Assembly: GCA_036170455.1 (NCBI GenBank)
Contig: JAVHPG010000237.1
Coordinates: 14,827-78,826 of the forward strand
DNA: 64,000 bases
Reading direction: 5' to 3'
From: Elusimicrobiales bacterium
GTDB taxonomy: Bacteria > Elusimicrobiota > Elusimicrobia > Elusimicrobiales > UBA9959
Both the position numbers and the translations under genes were made by a program. Shown here piece after piece: positions 1 to 8,683 of this stretch (the first letter of the stretch is position 1; each line of letters starts with the position of its first letter). The notes below the pieces were generated by a model, which was not told the DNA's origin, did not search any database, and worked only from the letters and a program-made list of their open reading frames with translations.

Positions 1-651
1 ACGGTGGGCGCGGTGCAGGAGATCTACTCTGCCATCCTCAAGGCCAAGGCCGAAACCAAGAAACCTTTCATAGCCCGCTTCGGCGAGGTTTCCGCCAGCG
101 GCGGCTACTACGTGGCTGCGGCCTGCGACCAGATCATGGCCCACCCCGGGACCATAACCGGCTCCATCGGCGTGATCTTCAGCGTGGGCAACTTCGAAGG
201 GCTCATGAAAAAAGTGGGCTACCGGAGCGAGGTCATTAAATCCGGCAAGTTCAAGGATATCGGCTCTCCCTCCCGCGAGATGACGCCCGAGGAGCGCAAG
301 CTGCTCCAGGCGATGATAGACGATTCCTACGACCAGTTCGTGAAAGCCGTGTCCGACGGCCGCAAGATGCCGGTGGACCAGGTGAAGCTGCTGGCCGACG
401 GCCGCATTTACACCGGCCGCCAGGCGCTGGACAATAAGCTCGTGGACTCGCTGGGCGATCTCCAGGACGCCATCGACAAGGCCGGCGAGCTGGGCGGGCT
501 TGGAAAGAACCCCCGCGTGCTGAACGAGGCCGACCCGCTGGAGAACTTCCTCTCGCTGATCGACACCAAGCTCTCTTTCATGGGGACGAAGTCGGTGACC
601 GACGCCATGGATATGGCGCCCAGCCTGGAATACCGCTGGTACGGGAGGTAA
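1..651 (+). CDS. sppA: signal peptide peptidase SppA (36K/S49 type), C-terminal part; the 5' end lies outside the window
   Basis: The frame is open from base 1 (ORF track 4..651). SASGGYY (Ser nucleophile context) and IKSGKFKD (general-base Lys context) are typical of S49 peptidases. Confidence 0.8.
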   Translation, partial: TVGAVQEIYSAILKAKAETKKPFIARFGEVSASGGYYVAAACDQIMAHPGTITGSIGVIFSVGNFEGLMKKVGYRSEVIKSGKFKDIGSPSREMTPEERKLLQAMIDDSYDQFVKAVSDGRKMPVDQVKLLADGRIYTGRQALDNKLVDSLGDLQDAIDKAGELGGLGKNPRVLNEADPLENFLSLIDTKLSFMGTKSVTDAMDMAPSLEYRWYGR

Positions 652-653
652 AA

Positions 654-1199
654 ATGAATCCTTTTACCGCTTTGGAAGCCGTTATCGAACGGCCGGAGAT
701 ACTGGCCGGGGAAGAGCGCCCCGCCGGGCTCGGCCGCGCCGGCCTGCTGGGCTACTTCGCAGGCACGCTGGGCGTCTTCACCTTCCTGCGCATGTTCTCG
801 GCGGTCCCGCCGGGCATCATGTCTTTTACGGTCGTCCTGCTGCTCCTGCTGGCGCTCAATTACTTCCTCGCCTCGTCCATCCACCTGTTCATGGACTTCA
901 CCGGGGCCAGGGGCAGCGCTGCCAGGCTTTTCCTCGCCTTCGGCCTCTCGGACTACCTCCTGGCGCTGCTGGTTCCGCTGGCCTTCTTCGCGAAGCTCCA
1001 GCTCCTGAACGCCTTCCTCTGGTTCTGTCTCTGCCTGCTGGTCATGTTCTACGCCAGGGTGCGGCTGGTGCGCAGGCTTTACCCGGTTTCCACGAACAAA
1101 GCGCTCCTCTCGCTCTGGCTGCCTTACGCCGGGCTTGGCGCCGTGGTCTTTACCGTCGGCGTCTATTCAATAGCCTGGCTGGTCTGGCTGATCATCTGA
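654..1199 (+). CDS. hypothetical polytopic membrane protein
   Basis: ATG sits 2 nt after the sppA stop and is preceded by GGGAGG. The product has about 5 hydrophobic helices. I recognise no family. Confidence 0.6.
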   Translation: MNPFTALEAVIERPEILAGEERPAGLGRAGLLGYFAGTLGVFTFLRMFSAVPPGIMSFTVVLLLLLALNYFLASSIHLFMDFTGARGSAARLFLAFGLSDYLLALLVPLAFFAKLQLLNAFLWFCLCLLVMFYARVRLVRRLYPVSTNKALLSLWLPYAGLGAVVFTVGVYSIAWLVWLII

Positions 1200-1211
1200 G
1201 GCGGAAGCCGC

Positions 1212-1940
1212 ATGTCCAAAATCCCGCAGGTTAAAGAATTCGGCGGCTTTCCCGTAGTGACGGCCGAAAAAATGAAGTATCTCGACAGGAAGGCCTCGCT
1301 CGAGTACGGCATTCCTTCCCACGTGCTGATGGAGAACGCCGGCCGCGCCGTGGCGCAGGCCGCGCTTGAATTCGCCGCCGCGGAACTGGGCAAGCAGCCG
1401 GCGGAGCTGAAAGCCGTAGTCTGCTGCGGCAAGGGCAATAACGGCGGAGACGGGCTCGCCGCCGCGCGCTATCTGAAACAGGCCGGGGCGGACGTGAAGG
1501 TCTTTATCCTGCCCCCTAAAGAGACCGGCTACGGCGAGCTGGTGGTAAAAAATCTCGAAGCCGCCAAAGCCGCCGGGGTGCCGGTGGCGATGACGGAAAA
1601 AGAGGGGCTCGACGCCCTGGCGGCCGAGTTTTCCGCCGCCCACCTGCTGCTGGACGCCCTGCTGGGGATAAGCGCGGTCGGCAAGCCTACAGGCCCCGTG
1701 CACAAGGTCATTCAGCTGATGAATAAAAGCGGCCGCCCGATAATAGCGCTCGACATTCCCTCGGGCCTCAGCACTGACACGGGCCACCACAGCGGCGTGT
1801 ACATCATGGCGAAGCTGACGCTGACGCTTGGCTTCGCTAAAACGGGACTGATGGCGGCGCACGCTCAGAAGAATACCGGGCTGATCAGGGTGCTGCCCAT
1901 AGGCTATCCCCAGGCCCTTATAGACGAGGCTTCCCGATGA
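1212..1940 (+). CDS. nnrE: NAD(P)H-hydrate epimerase (YjeF N-terminal domain only)
   Basis: Carries the GKGNNGGDG hallmark of the YjeF_N family. At 242 aa it has no C-terminal dehydratase domain. Confidence 0.8.
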   Translation: MSKIPQVKEFGGFPVVTAEKMKYLDRKASLEYGIPSHVLMENAGRAVAQAALEFAAAELGKQPAELKAVVCCGKGNNGGDGLAAARYLKQAGADVKVFILPPKETGYGELVVKNLEAAKAAGVPVAMTEKEGLDALAAEFSAAHLLLDALLGISAVGKPTGPVHKVIQLMNKSGRPIIALDIPSGLSTDTGHHSGVYIMAKLTLTLGFAKTGLMAAHAQKNTGLIRVLPIGYPQALIDEASR

Positions 1941-2347
1941 ACATCGTAATCGCCGACGACGACCAGAACCTGCTGGCCATGCTGGTCCCGCACCTGGAGC
2001 ACGCCGGGCATAAAGTGACGCTGGCCGCCAACGGCGCCGAGCTCCTGAAGATAATAGCGGAAACCCGCGCCGACCTCATAATCTCCGACATAAACATGCC
2101 CGGCTTCGACGGCATCGAGCTTTACAATAAAACCCGCGCCATACATGAATACGAAGCTTCGCCGTTCATCCTCTGGAGCGGCCTGGAAATAGAAAAGGGC
2201 CGCGCCCTGGCCGCCACCGACCATAAGCTGCGCTTCCTGAAAAAACCTTTCAGCCTGGCCGCCCTGCATATGGCCATGGACGAGGTGACCGATATCCCGC
2301 TTTTCTGGGATTACGGCTCCGGCGGCAAGCCGGGCCTCAAGATGTAG
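1937..2347 (+). CDS. single-domain response regulator (CheY-like receiver)
   Basis: ATGA overlap with the upstream gene. Acidic pocket DDD near the N-terminus, the phospho-acceptor context LIISDINMPG, and a conserved KKPF Lys. Confidence 0.8.
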   Translation: MNIVIADDDQNLLAMLVPHLEHAGHKVTLAANGAELLKIIAETRADLIISDINMPGFDGIELYNKTRAIHEYEASPFILWSGLEIEKGRALAATDHKLRFLKKPFSLAALHMAMDEVTDIPLFWDYGSGGKPGLKM

Positions 2348-2374
2348 CTCTGAAAATACGACACCAGGAGACCT

Positions 2375-4180
2375 ATGCGCCCCTTCAACGACAGCGTCAT
2401 TTACTTCGCCGTGGTGGACAGGTTCAGCAACGGCAATCCCGCCAATGACCTGGGATTCAATAAAGATTCCTTCGACGGAACCCATACCGACTGGTTCAAA
2501 TACTGGGGCGGCGACCTCCACGGCGTAATAAACAAGCTGGATTATTTAAAGGAGCTGGGCTGCTCCTCTGTCTGGCTAACGCCAATTTTCGACCAGGCGG
2601 ACGGGCTGGTGGACGTGGAGGGGCGCGGGATGGCTTCCTACCACGGCTACTGGGCGAAAGATTTTAAGCGCCTCGACGAACACCTGTCCGGCTCGAAAGA
2701 TGATGTGCGGGTCTTCGCCTCTAAAAATACCGTGGTGGACCGCCTTGTGAAGACCATGCATGAAAAAGACATGCGCCTGGTGCTGGATATCGTCTGCAAC
2801 CATTCAAGCCCCGCGCAGCGCGTGGACAAGGGCGGCCGCCCCACCAAGGGCGAGCTCTACGACGACGGCAAGCTGCTCACCTCCTACGACGACGACAAGC
2901 TGGGCTGGTACCACCGCAATGGCGGCGTGAGCGACTGGAATAACAAGTGCCAGGTCGAGACCAGCGAGCTCTGCGGCCTGGCGGATTTTAACGAGTCCCA
3001 CATAGGCTACCGGACCTATATCAAGGACGCGCTGCGGCTCTGGCTGGACAAGGGCGTGGACGCTTTCCGCGTGGATACCGTCAAGCACATGCCGCTCTGG
3101 TTCTGGCAGGAATTCGTCTCCGACATGGTCTTTCACCGCCCGGACCTTTATATTTTCGGGGAATGGTTCCTGGGCGGCTGCAACGACGCCCTGTCCGTGG
3201 AATTCATCAACAAGAGCGGGATGGGCATGCTGGATTTCGGCCTGCAGCGCGGGCTGGAGGACTGCCTGGCCCGTGGGGCGGATGCCGGCTTTGAGCTGGT
3301 CCACGATGTTTTTGCCAAGGACTCGCTTTTTGACGACTGCCGCCGCCTGGTCACTTTCCTGGATAACCAAGATATGCCGCGCTTCATGTCGGCCGGCGCC
3401 TCGCCCGCCCGGGTGGATATGGGCCTGGCGCTGATCCTTACCTGCCGCGGCACGCCCTGCATTTATTACGGCACCGAGCAGTACCTGCATAACGACACCA
3501 ACGGGGGAGCGGACCCTTATAACAGGCCCATGATGGAGAGCTGGGACACCGGGACCCCGGCTTTCCGGACAGTAAAAAAACTCGCGGCCGTGCGGAGGGA
3601 GAACAAGGCCGTGCAGAGCGGCAGCTGCAGGAAGAAATACCTGACGGCCGACGTCTACGCTTATACCCGCGTCTACCGGGGCAGCTGCTGTCTGGCCGTT
3701 TTCAACCGCGGCGCCGGTACTTCGATCGACCTCGAGGAGATCGAGCTGCCGGACGGCGTGCATAAGGACGTGCTTTCCGACCGCGCCGTATCGGTGAAGT
3801 CAGGCCGGATAAAAAGGCTCAGGCTGGAGCGGGACAGCTCTTTCGTCGTTTCCTATTGCGCGCCCGCGCGGGAAAAAGCCGGGCTGGAAATTTCTTTCGT
3901 GCTTAACGGCTATAACACAGCCTTCGGTGAGCGCGTGAAAGTAACGGGCAACTGCCCCGAGCTCGGCAACTGGGACCTTGCGAAAGCTTTTCCGCTGGAG
4001 TATATAAACGAGAACATGTGGCTGGGCAGCCTGCCGGTCAAAGAAAGCGCCGGCAAGGCCATCGCTTACAAGTTCATCATACAAGGTGATAATAACGGTG
4101 TGATCTACGAAAACCGCCCCGCCCATGTCCGCCTCATGCCAGCCAAAGGCTTCATGGAACAGCAGCATAAATGGAGTTAA
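2375..4180 (+). CDS. glycoside hydrolase family 13 (alpha-amylase/CGTase-like) with C-terminal CBM20 starch-binding domain
   Basis: GH13 regions are LDIVCNHSS, DAFRVDTVKHM, IFGEWF and FLDNQDMPRF. The C-terminal ~100 aa (ISFVLNGYNTAFGERVKVTGN..LGNWD) look like CBM20. AGGAGA RBS. No signal peptide. Confidence 0.85.
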   Translation: MRPFNDSVIYFAVVDRFSNGNPANDLGFNKDSFDGTHTDWFKYWGGDLHGVINKLDYLKELGCSSVWLTPIFDQADGLVDVEGRGMASYHGYWAKDFKRLDEHLSGSKDDVRVFASKNTVVDRLVKTMHEKDMRLVLDIVCNHSSPAQRVDKGGRPTKGELYDDGKLLTSYDDDKLGWYHRNGGVSDWNNKCQVETSELCGLADFNESHIGYRTYIKDALRLWLDKGVDAFRVDTVKHMPLWFWQEFVSDMVFHRPDLYIFGEWFLGGCNDALSVEFINKSGMGMLDFGLQRGLEDCLARGADAGFELVHDVFAKDSLFDDCRRLVTFLDNQDMPRFMSAGASPARVDMGLALILTCRGTPCIYYGTEQYLHNDTNGGADPYNRPMMESWDTGTPAFRTVKKLAAVRRENKAVQSGSCRKKYLTADVYAYTRVYRGSCCLAVFNRGAGTSIDLEEIELPDGVHKDVLSDRAVSVKSGRIKRLRLERDSSFVVSYCAPAREKAGLEISFVLNGYNTAFGERVKVTGNCPELGNWDLAKAFPLEYINENMWLGSLPVKESAGKAIAYKFIIQGDNNGVIYENRPAHVRLMPAKGFMEQQHKWS

Positions 4181-4182
4181 AA

Positions 4183-4248
4183 AGGAGGCAGGCACCTTTC
4201 GGCTTTTTTTAGGCCTTAAAACATCAAAAAGGTGCCAGCCTCCTTTTT
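4183..4248. terminator. convergent-gene terminator region (14-bp arms with 1 mismatch, long loop, flanking A and T runs)
   Basis: AGGAGGCAGGCACC (4183-4196) pairs with GGTGCCAGCCTCCT (4231-4244). It is preceded by AAAA and followed by TTTTT, and lies between the amylase-family stop and the tilS stop. Confidence 0.5.
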
Positions 4249-4987
4249 AAGTGAGGACCTTGGATAGTTTTTTGGAGAGTTGGCCCAGGTGCTCGCGCAG
4301 GCGCGGTTGTTTTTTCAGCATCAGCGGCAGCAGGGTTTTGCGGATCCAGTTGCGGGTATAATATTCATCGTCGTTGGTATGGTCTTTTTTAGACGGCAGG
4401 TCGTTCGCTTTCAGATAAGCCTCTATCTCTTTCCTCGAAACCGCCAGCATCGGCCTGATAAGCTGCAGTTTCTTTTTGCCGCGGACCAGCTCCCGCTTCG
4501 CGGGTATGCCCAGCAGGCCCTTCGGCTCCGTCCCGCGCAGTAAATTAAGGATGATGGTCTCGGCGTGGTCGTCGGCGTGGTGCGCCGTCGCCACCAGCCG
4601 GCACTTTTTCTTTAAAGCGGTCTCCGACAGGAGCCCGTAGCGGGCGTTCCTGGCCGCGTGCTCTATGCTCGTGCCGGTTTTTTTGGCGAGGGCCTTTACG
4701 TCCGCCGTAAGGATAAAGGTCTCGATGCCGTATCCGGCGCCCAGCTTTTTAACGAAAGCCGCGTCCGCGTCGGCCAGGTTGCCGCGCAGCTTATGGTTGA
4801 TGTGGCAGATATAAAGCTTAAGCCGGCGGGACCGCGCCTGCCCGGAGAAAAAATCGAGCATGACCACTGAATCGGGCCCGCCCGAAACGGCCAGCAGTAT
4901 GGAATCACCGTCGGCAAAAAGCTCCCAGGCCCTGGCGTGCGCCAGAACCTTGTTCCATAAGCTCATCGTAGCCGCCCTTTTGTTCAT
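4247..4987 (-). CDS. tilS: tRNA(Ile)-lysidine synthase, short form (PP-loop N-terminal domain only)
   Basis: PP-loop LLAVSGGPDSVVM plus downstream TilS-like HHADD and LIRPML motifs. At 246 aa it lacks the long C-terminal domains of E. coli TilS. Confidence 0.85.
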   Translation of the reverse strand: MNKRAATMSLWNKVLAHARAWELFADGDSILLAVSGGPDSVVMLDFFSGQARSRRLKLYICHINHKLRGNLADADAAFVKKLGAGYGIETFILTADVKALAKKTGTSIEHAARNARYGLLSETALKKKCRLVATAHHADDHAETIILNLLRGTEPKGLLGIPAKRELVRGKKKLQLIRPMLAVSRKEIEAYLKANDLPSKKDHTNDDEYYTRNWIRKTLLPLMLKKQPRLREHLGQLSKKLSKVLT

Positions 4988-5007
4988 CCCTTGATTATAA
5001 TAAATAA

Positions 5008-5046
5008 GGGGACAGGCTACTTTTCCTGGAAAAGTAGCCTGTCCCC
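5008..5046. repeat. 39-bp near-perfect palindrome, copy 1 of 2 (second copy 58756-58794)
   Basis: GGGGACAGGCTAC-TTTTCCTGGAAAA-GTAGCCTGTCCCC, with an A-rich left flank and a T7 right flank. The 13-bp arms are identical to those of the second copy. Confidence 0.85.
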
Positions 5047-5074
5047 TTTTTTTGTTTTGCTATCATATTCACGT

Positions 5075-5764
5075 ATGGACGAGAAAATACTTATAGTCGA
5101 AGATGAAAAGGACATAGCCAGGCTCCTGGACTATAACCTCAAGAAGGAGGGCTACCGCACCGTGCTTGCGCACGAGGGTTCCGCGGCGCCCCTGCTGGCC
5201 GCCAAAGAGCGGCCCCGCCTGATAATCCTGGACCTGATGCTGCCCGGCCTCGACGGCCTGGAAGTCTGCCGCCGCCTGAAGATGGACGGTAAAACGGCGG
5301 GCATCCCCATAATAATGCTTACCGCCAAGGGCGAGGAATCGGATAAGATCGTGGGCCTGGAGATGGGCGCTGACGATTATGTGACCAAGCCGTTCAGCGT
5401 GAAGGAACTTGTCTCGCGCGTCAAAGCCGTGCTGCGGCGCTCGGCATTGATAGGGGAGGCCCTGCAGGTTTACCGGGCCGGGAACCTGGAGCTGGACTGC
5501 TCGCGGGTGCTCGCGCTCCTGAAGGGGAAGCCGCTGGATATAACGGCCCGGGAATTCAAACTGCTGAAGTCCCTGATGGCCGCGGGGGGGAGAATGCTGT
5601 CCCGCGAGGCCCTGCTGGAAAAAGCCTGGGGGATGGACGCCTCGCTCGAGGTGGAAACCCGCACCGTGGACGTGCACATAGGCACCCTGCGAAAAAAGCT
5701 CAAGGCTGAGGGAAAGCGCATAATAACGGTAAAGAGCTACGGCTACCGCTTCGAGAACCAATGA
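5075..5764 (+). CDS. phoB: OmpR/PhoB-family response regulator
   Basis: Receiver domain (ILIVEDEKD, LIILDLMLPG, TAKG) plus a winged-helix domain (TVDVHIGTLRKKL, GYRF). ATGA-coupled to a PhoR-type kinase and next to pst genes. I chose the start at MDEKIL (5075); the ORF-track start at 4991 runs through the palindrome. Confidence 0.8.
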   Translation: MDEKILIVEDEKDIARLLDYNLKKEGYRTVLAHEGSAAPLLAAKERPRLIILDLMLPGLDGLEVCRRLKMDGKTAGIPIIMLTAKGEESDKIVGLEMGADDYVTKPFSVKELVSRVKAVLRRSALIGEALQVYRAGNLELDCSRVLALLKGKPLDITAREFKLLKSLMAAGGRMLSREALLEKAWGMDASLEVETRTVDVHIGTLRKKLKAEGKRIITVKSYGYRFENQ

Positions 5765-7533
5765 TGCCGGCTATATTTAAAACTTTCAGGTTCCGCCTGT
5801 TCCTTTCCTATCTCGCGCTTTCGGCCGCGATTTCCGCCGCGGCTTTCTTTCTGGTATATCAGCGTATCGAGCGCGCCGAGATCTCCACGTTAAAACTCAA
5901 GCTTTCCGAGGAGGCCGCGCTTGTTTCGGCGCAGCTTAGCGCCCCTGACCTGGCTTCCCCGGGCATAAACGCGCTGGCGCATTCCCTTGGGCCTAAACTC
6001 GGCTCGAGACTGACCATAATAGGCGCGGACGGCCTGGTGCTGGCGGATTCTGAGCTGGACGCCGCCGGAGTGAAAGCGATGGAGAACCACCTGCAGAGGC
6101 CCGAAGTATCCGGCGCGCTGGGTGGAGCGTCTTCCTACGATCTGCGCCGTTCGGCCACTTTGGGCAAGGCAATGCTTTATGCGGCCTATCCGGTCAATTT
6201 TTCCGGCAGGACCGGGGCGGTGGTGCGGCTGGCTATCCCCGTAACGCAGCTCGATGCGATGCGCGCCCTGCTTAAGAAGGCTTTGGGTGCGGCTTTAGCG
6301 CTGGCCTTGGTGCTTTCTTTTTTCCTGAGCCTCGCGGTTTCCGCCGGCTTCTCCAGGCCTTTCGATAAAATAGTCTACGGCTCGAAAAAATTCGCTTCGG
6401 GGGATTTTTCCTACCGGATCCAGAAGGACTTCCACGGCGAGATGGGCAAGCTGGCCGAGACCCTGAATTCGATGGCCGCCTCCGTGGAGGAGAATTTGCG
6501 CCGGGTGGAAATGCAGGCGCAGCAGCTGTCGGCGGCTTTCGCGAACATGGCCGAGGGGGTGCTGGTGACGGATCCCTCCGCGAGGGTTAGCGCCCTTAAC
6601 CCGGCGATGGAGCGCCTCTTCAGCGTGGAAGCCGCGGGTTCGGTATCACGGCCGCTGCTGGAGGTCATCCCTAACGCCGGCTTAAGCAAAATGTGCGCCC
6701 GCGCCATCTCCGGCGGGAAACCGGTTGCCGAAGAAATGGAGCTTACGGTCCCGGTCAGGGGGATCTTCAGCGTTAACGCCTCCCCTATCTTCATGGGCGG
6801 CAAGGTTTCCGGCTGCCTTATGGTGGTGCATGACGTCACCGAGGTGCGGCGGCTCGAGCTCAAGCGCAGGGACTTCGTGGCGAACGTCTCCCACGAATTG
6901 AAAACTCCCCTTACGGCGATCAGCGGCTACGTGGAGACCCTGATGGAGGGCGCGATAGACGACAGGGCGAACGCGATTAAGTTTCTCGGCGTCATTCAGG
7001 CCCAATCAAAGCGCCTGGATAATATAGTCAGCGACCTGTTGAAACTTTCCTCGCTGGAGTCCTACGCGGTAGAGGTAAATAAGAGCGAGGTCGCCCTGAA
7101 GGCTCTGGCCGATTCTCTCATCTCCGGGCTGGCTTCCGTGTTCAAAGCTAAAAATGCCGTAGTGACAAATACTATGCCGTCCGGGCTTTTCGTCAAAGCC
7201 GATCCCGAAAAGCTGGGGCAGGTTTTTGTGAACCTGCTAGACAACGCCGTAAAATTCTCGACCGGTAACGCCAAGGTCGAGGTCTCGGCCGTAGAGCTGC
7301 CCGAAAGCGTAAAAATAACCGTGAAGGACAACGGGATAGGCATTCCCCAGGAGCACCTGCCGCGCGTCTTCGAGCGCTTTTACCGCGCCGACAAGGCCCG
7401 CTCCCGGGAAATGGGGGGGACCGGCCTTGGCCTTTCCATCGTTAAGCACGTGATAGACCTGCACGGCGGGGCCATAGGCGTTGAAAGCGTCGAAGGCTCA
7501 GGGTCCACCTTCTGGTTCACGCTTCCCAAATAG
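5761..7533 (+). CDS. phoR: PhoR-type sensor histidine kinase (2 TM, HAMP, PAS, HisKA, HATPase)
   Basis: H-box SHELKTPLT, N-box LLDNAVKFS, G-boxes DNGIGIP and GGTGLGLSIV. Two N-terminal hydrophobic segments. Confidence 0.8.
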   Translation: MMPAIFKTFRFRLFLSYLALSAAISAAAFFLVYQRIERAEISTLKLKLSEEAALVSAQLSAPDLASPGINALAHSLGPKLGSRLTIIGADGLVLADSELDAAGVKAMENHLQRPEVSGALGGASSYDLRRSATLGKAMLYAAYPVNFSGRTGAVVRLAIPVTQLDAMRALLKKALGAALALALVLSFFLSLAVSAGFSRPFDKIVYGSKKFASGDFSYRIQKDFHGEMGKLAETLNSMAASVEENLRRVEMQAQQLSAAFANMAEGVLVTDPSARVSALNPAMERLFSVEAAGSVSRPLLEVIPNAGLSKMCARAISGGKPVAEEMELTVPVRGIFSVNASPIFMGGKVSGCLMVVHDVTEVRRLELKRRDFVANVSHELKTPLTAISGYVETLMEGAIDDRANAIKFLGVIQAQSKRLDNIVSDLLKLSSLESYAVEVNKSEVALKALADSLISGLASVFKAKNAVVTNTMPSGLFVKADPEKLGQVFVNLLDNAVKFSTGNAKVEVSAVELPESVKITVKDNGIGIPQEHLPRVFERFYRADKARSREMGGTGLGLSIVKHVIDLHGGAIGVESVEGSGSTFWFTLPK

Positions 7534-7678
7534 CGCGCCAGGCCCCCCCACACGCACCCCGAGATAGGTCTAAAGACTTAATTGTCGTAGGCCCTAAGCC
7601 TCTCTCCCTTTTATCTTAAACTTGTAAACTATAACAGGCAGAAAGCGGCCTCCCGTCAGTTTGGGTCGCTCTGAAGAT

Positions 7679-8650
7679 ATGGGAACACGAAACCGGGCAC
7701 GCTCCACTGTGAAACTTAAAACTTTTTTCGCCGCCGTCCTGTTTTCTTCCGGGCTCCTGGCCTTTGCCCCGGGTTCCGATCTTCTCGCGGCCGGCGCGCT
7801 CGACTCCCTTTCCATCCTTGCTTCTCCTCTCCCCTCTCCAGTTCCTATACCCGGCCCCCCGGCGCCTTTTCCCGGCCCGCTCAAGCCTTCCCCGGCCCTG
7901 CAGGCTTATTTCGTCAATGTCGGCCAGGGCGACGCCGAATATATAGTGCTGCCCAACGGAAAGAACGTCCTTATCGACGGCGGACCCAATCCGACCGCCC
8001 CGCTTATCCAGTTCCTCACGCAGAACGGGGTTAGCAAGCTGGATTATGTAGTGCTGACCCATCCCCACCTGGACCATTACGCAGGCCTGGATTACGTTTT
8101 TACCCACCTGAAGGTCGGAACTTTTTACGATACGCGCGAGGACAATACCGGCGCGGCCGGCGCGAAGCTCCTGCGAGATAAAATAAGCGCAATGGGGATC
8201 AGGACCGTTTACCCGGCGGCCGGGGACAGCCTGGACTGGGATCCCGGCGAGGTGCAGGTGAACGTCCTTAACGCCTGCGCCACTCCCGGCGGCAGCAATT
8301 CCGGCCCGGTGCTCAATAACTGCTCGATAGTGTTCAAGGTTACCTACCAGGACACTTCAATGCTCTATACGGGAGATATCCAGGCTGAGCAGGAAGCCAA
8401 CCTGGTGGCCAAATACGGCGGCCGGCTGCGGTCGCTGGTCCTTAAAGTGTGCCACCACGGCAGCAATACTTCCTCAAGCCCGGCTTTCCTTAATATGGTG
8501 AAGCCCAAGTACGCGTATATCGGGGTCGGCAAGGACAATATCTTCGCCTTCCCTTCCCCGGTTACCTTAGCCAATCTGCAGGCGGTCGGCGCCACTGTCT
8601 ACCGGACGGACCTTGACGGTACGCAGCAGTTCAATATAGGGGGGCGCTAG
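7679..8650 (+). CDS. secreted metallo-beta-lactamase-fold hydrolase of the ComEC/Rec2 C-terminal-domain type
   Basis: Signal peptide (KLKTFFAAVLFSSGLLAFA), a Pro-rich linker, the HxHxDH motif LTHPHLDHYAG, and a later CHHGS. I chose the ATG at 7679 rather than the TTG at 7661. Confidence 0.75.
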   Translation: MGTRNRARSTVKLKTFFAAVLFSSGLLAFAPGSDLLAAGALDSLSILASPLPSPVPIPGPPAPFPGPLKPSPALQAYFVNVGQGDAEYIVLPNGKNVLIDGGPNPTAPLIQFLTQNGVSKLDYVVLTHPHLDHYAGLDYVFTHLKVGTFYDTREDNTGAAGAKLLRDKISAMGIRTVYPAAGDSLDWDPGEVQVNVLNACATPGGSNSGPVLNNCSIVFKVTYQDTSMLYTGDIQAEQEANLVAKYGGRLRSLVLKVCHHGSNTSSSPAFLNMVKPKYAYIGVGKDNIFAFPSPVTLANLQAVGATVYRTDLDGTQQFNIGGR

Positions 8651-8654
8651 CAGC

Positions 8655-8683
8655 TTTACAAGGAGCGCGCCTTTTGCTATAAT
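8655..8683 (+). promoter_or_regulatory. sigma70-like promoter: TTTACA, 17-nt spacer, TATAAT
   Basis: TTTACA at 8655-8660, an exact 17-nt spacer, and TATAAT at 8678-8683. It lies about 200 nt upstream of the next start codon (8889). Confidence 0.45.
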
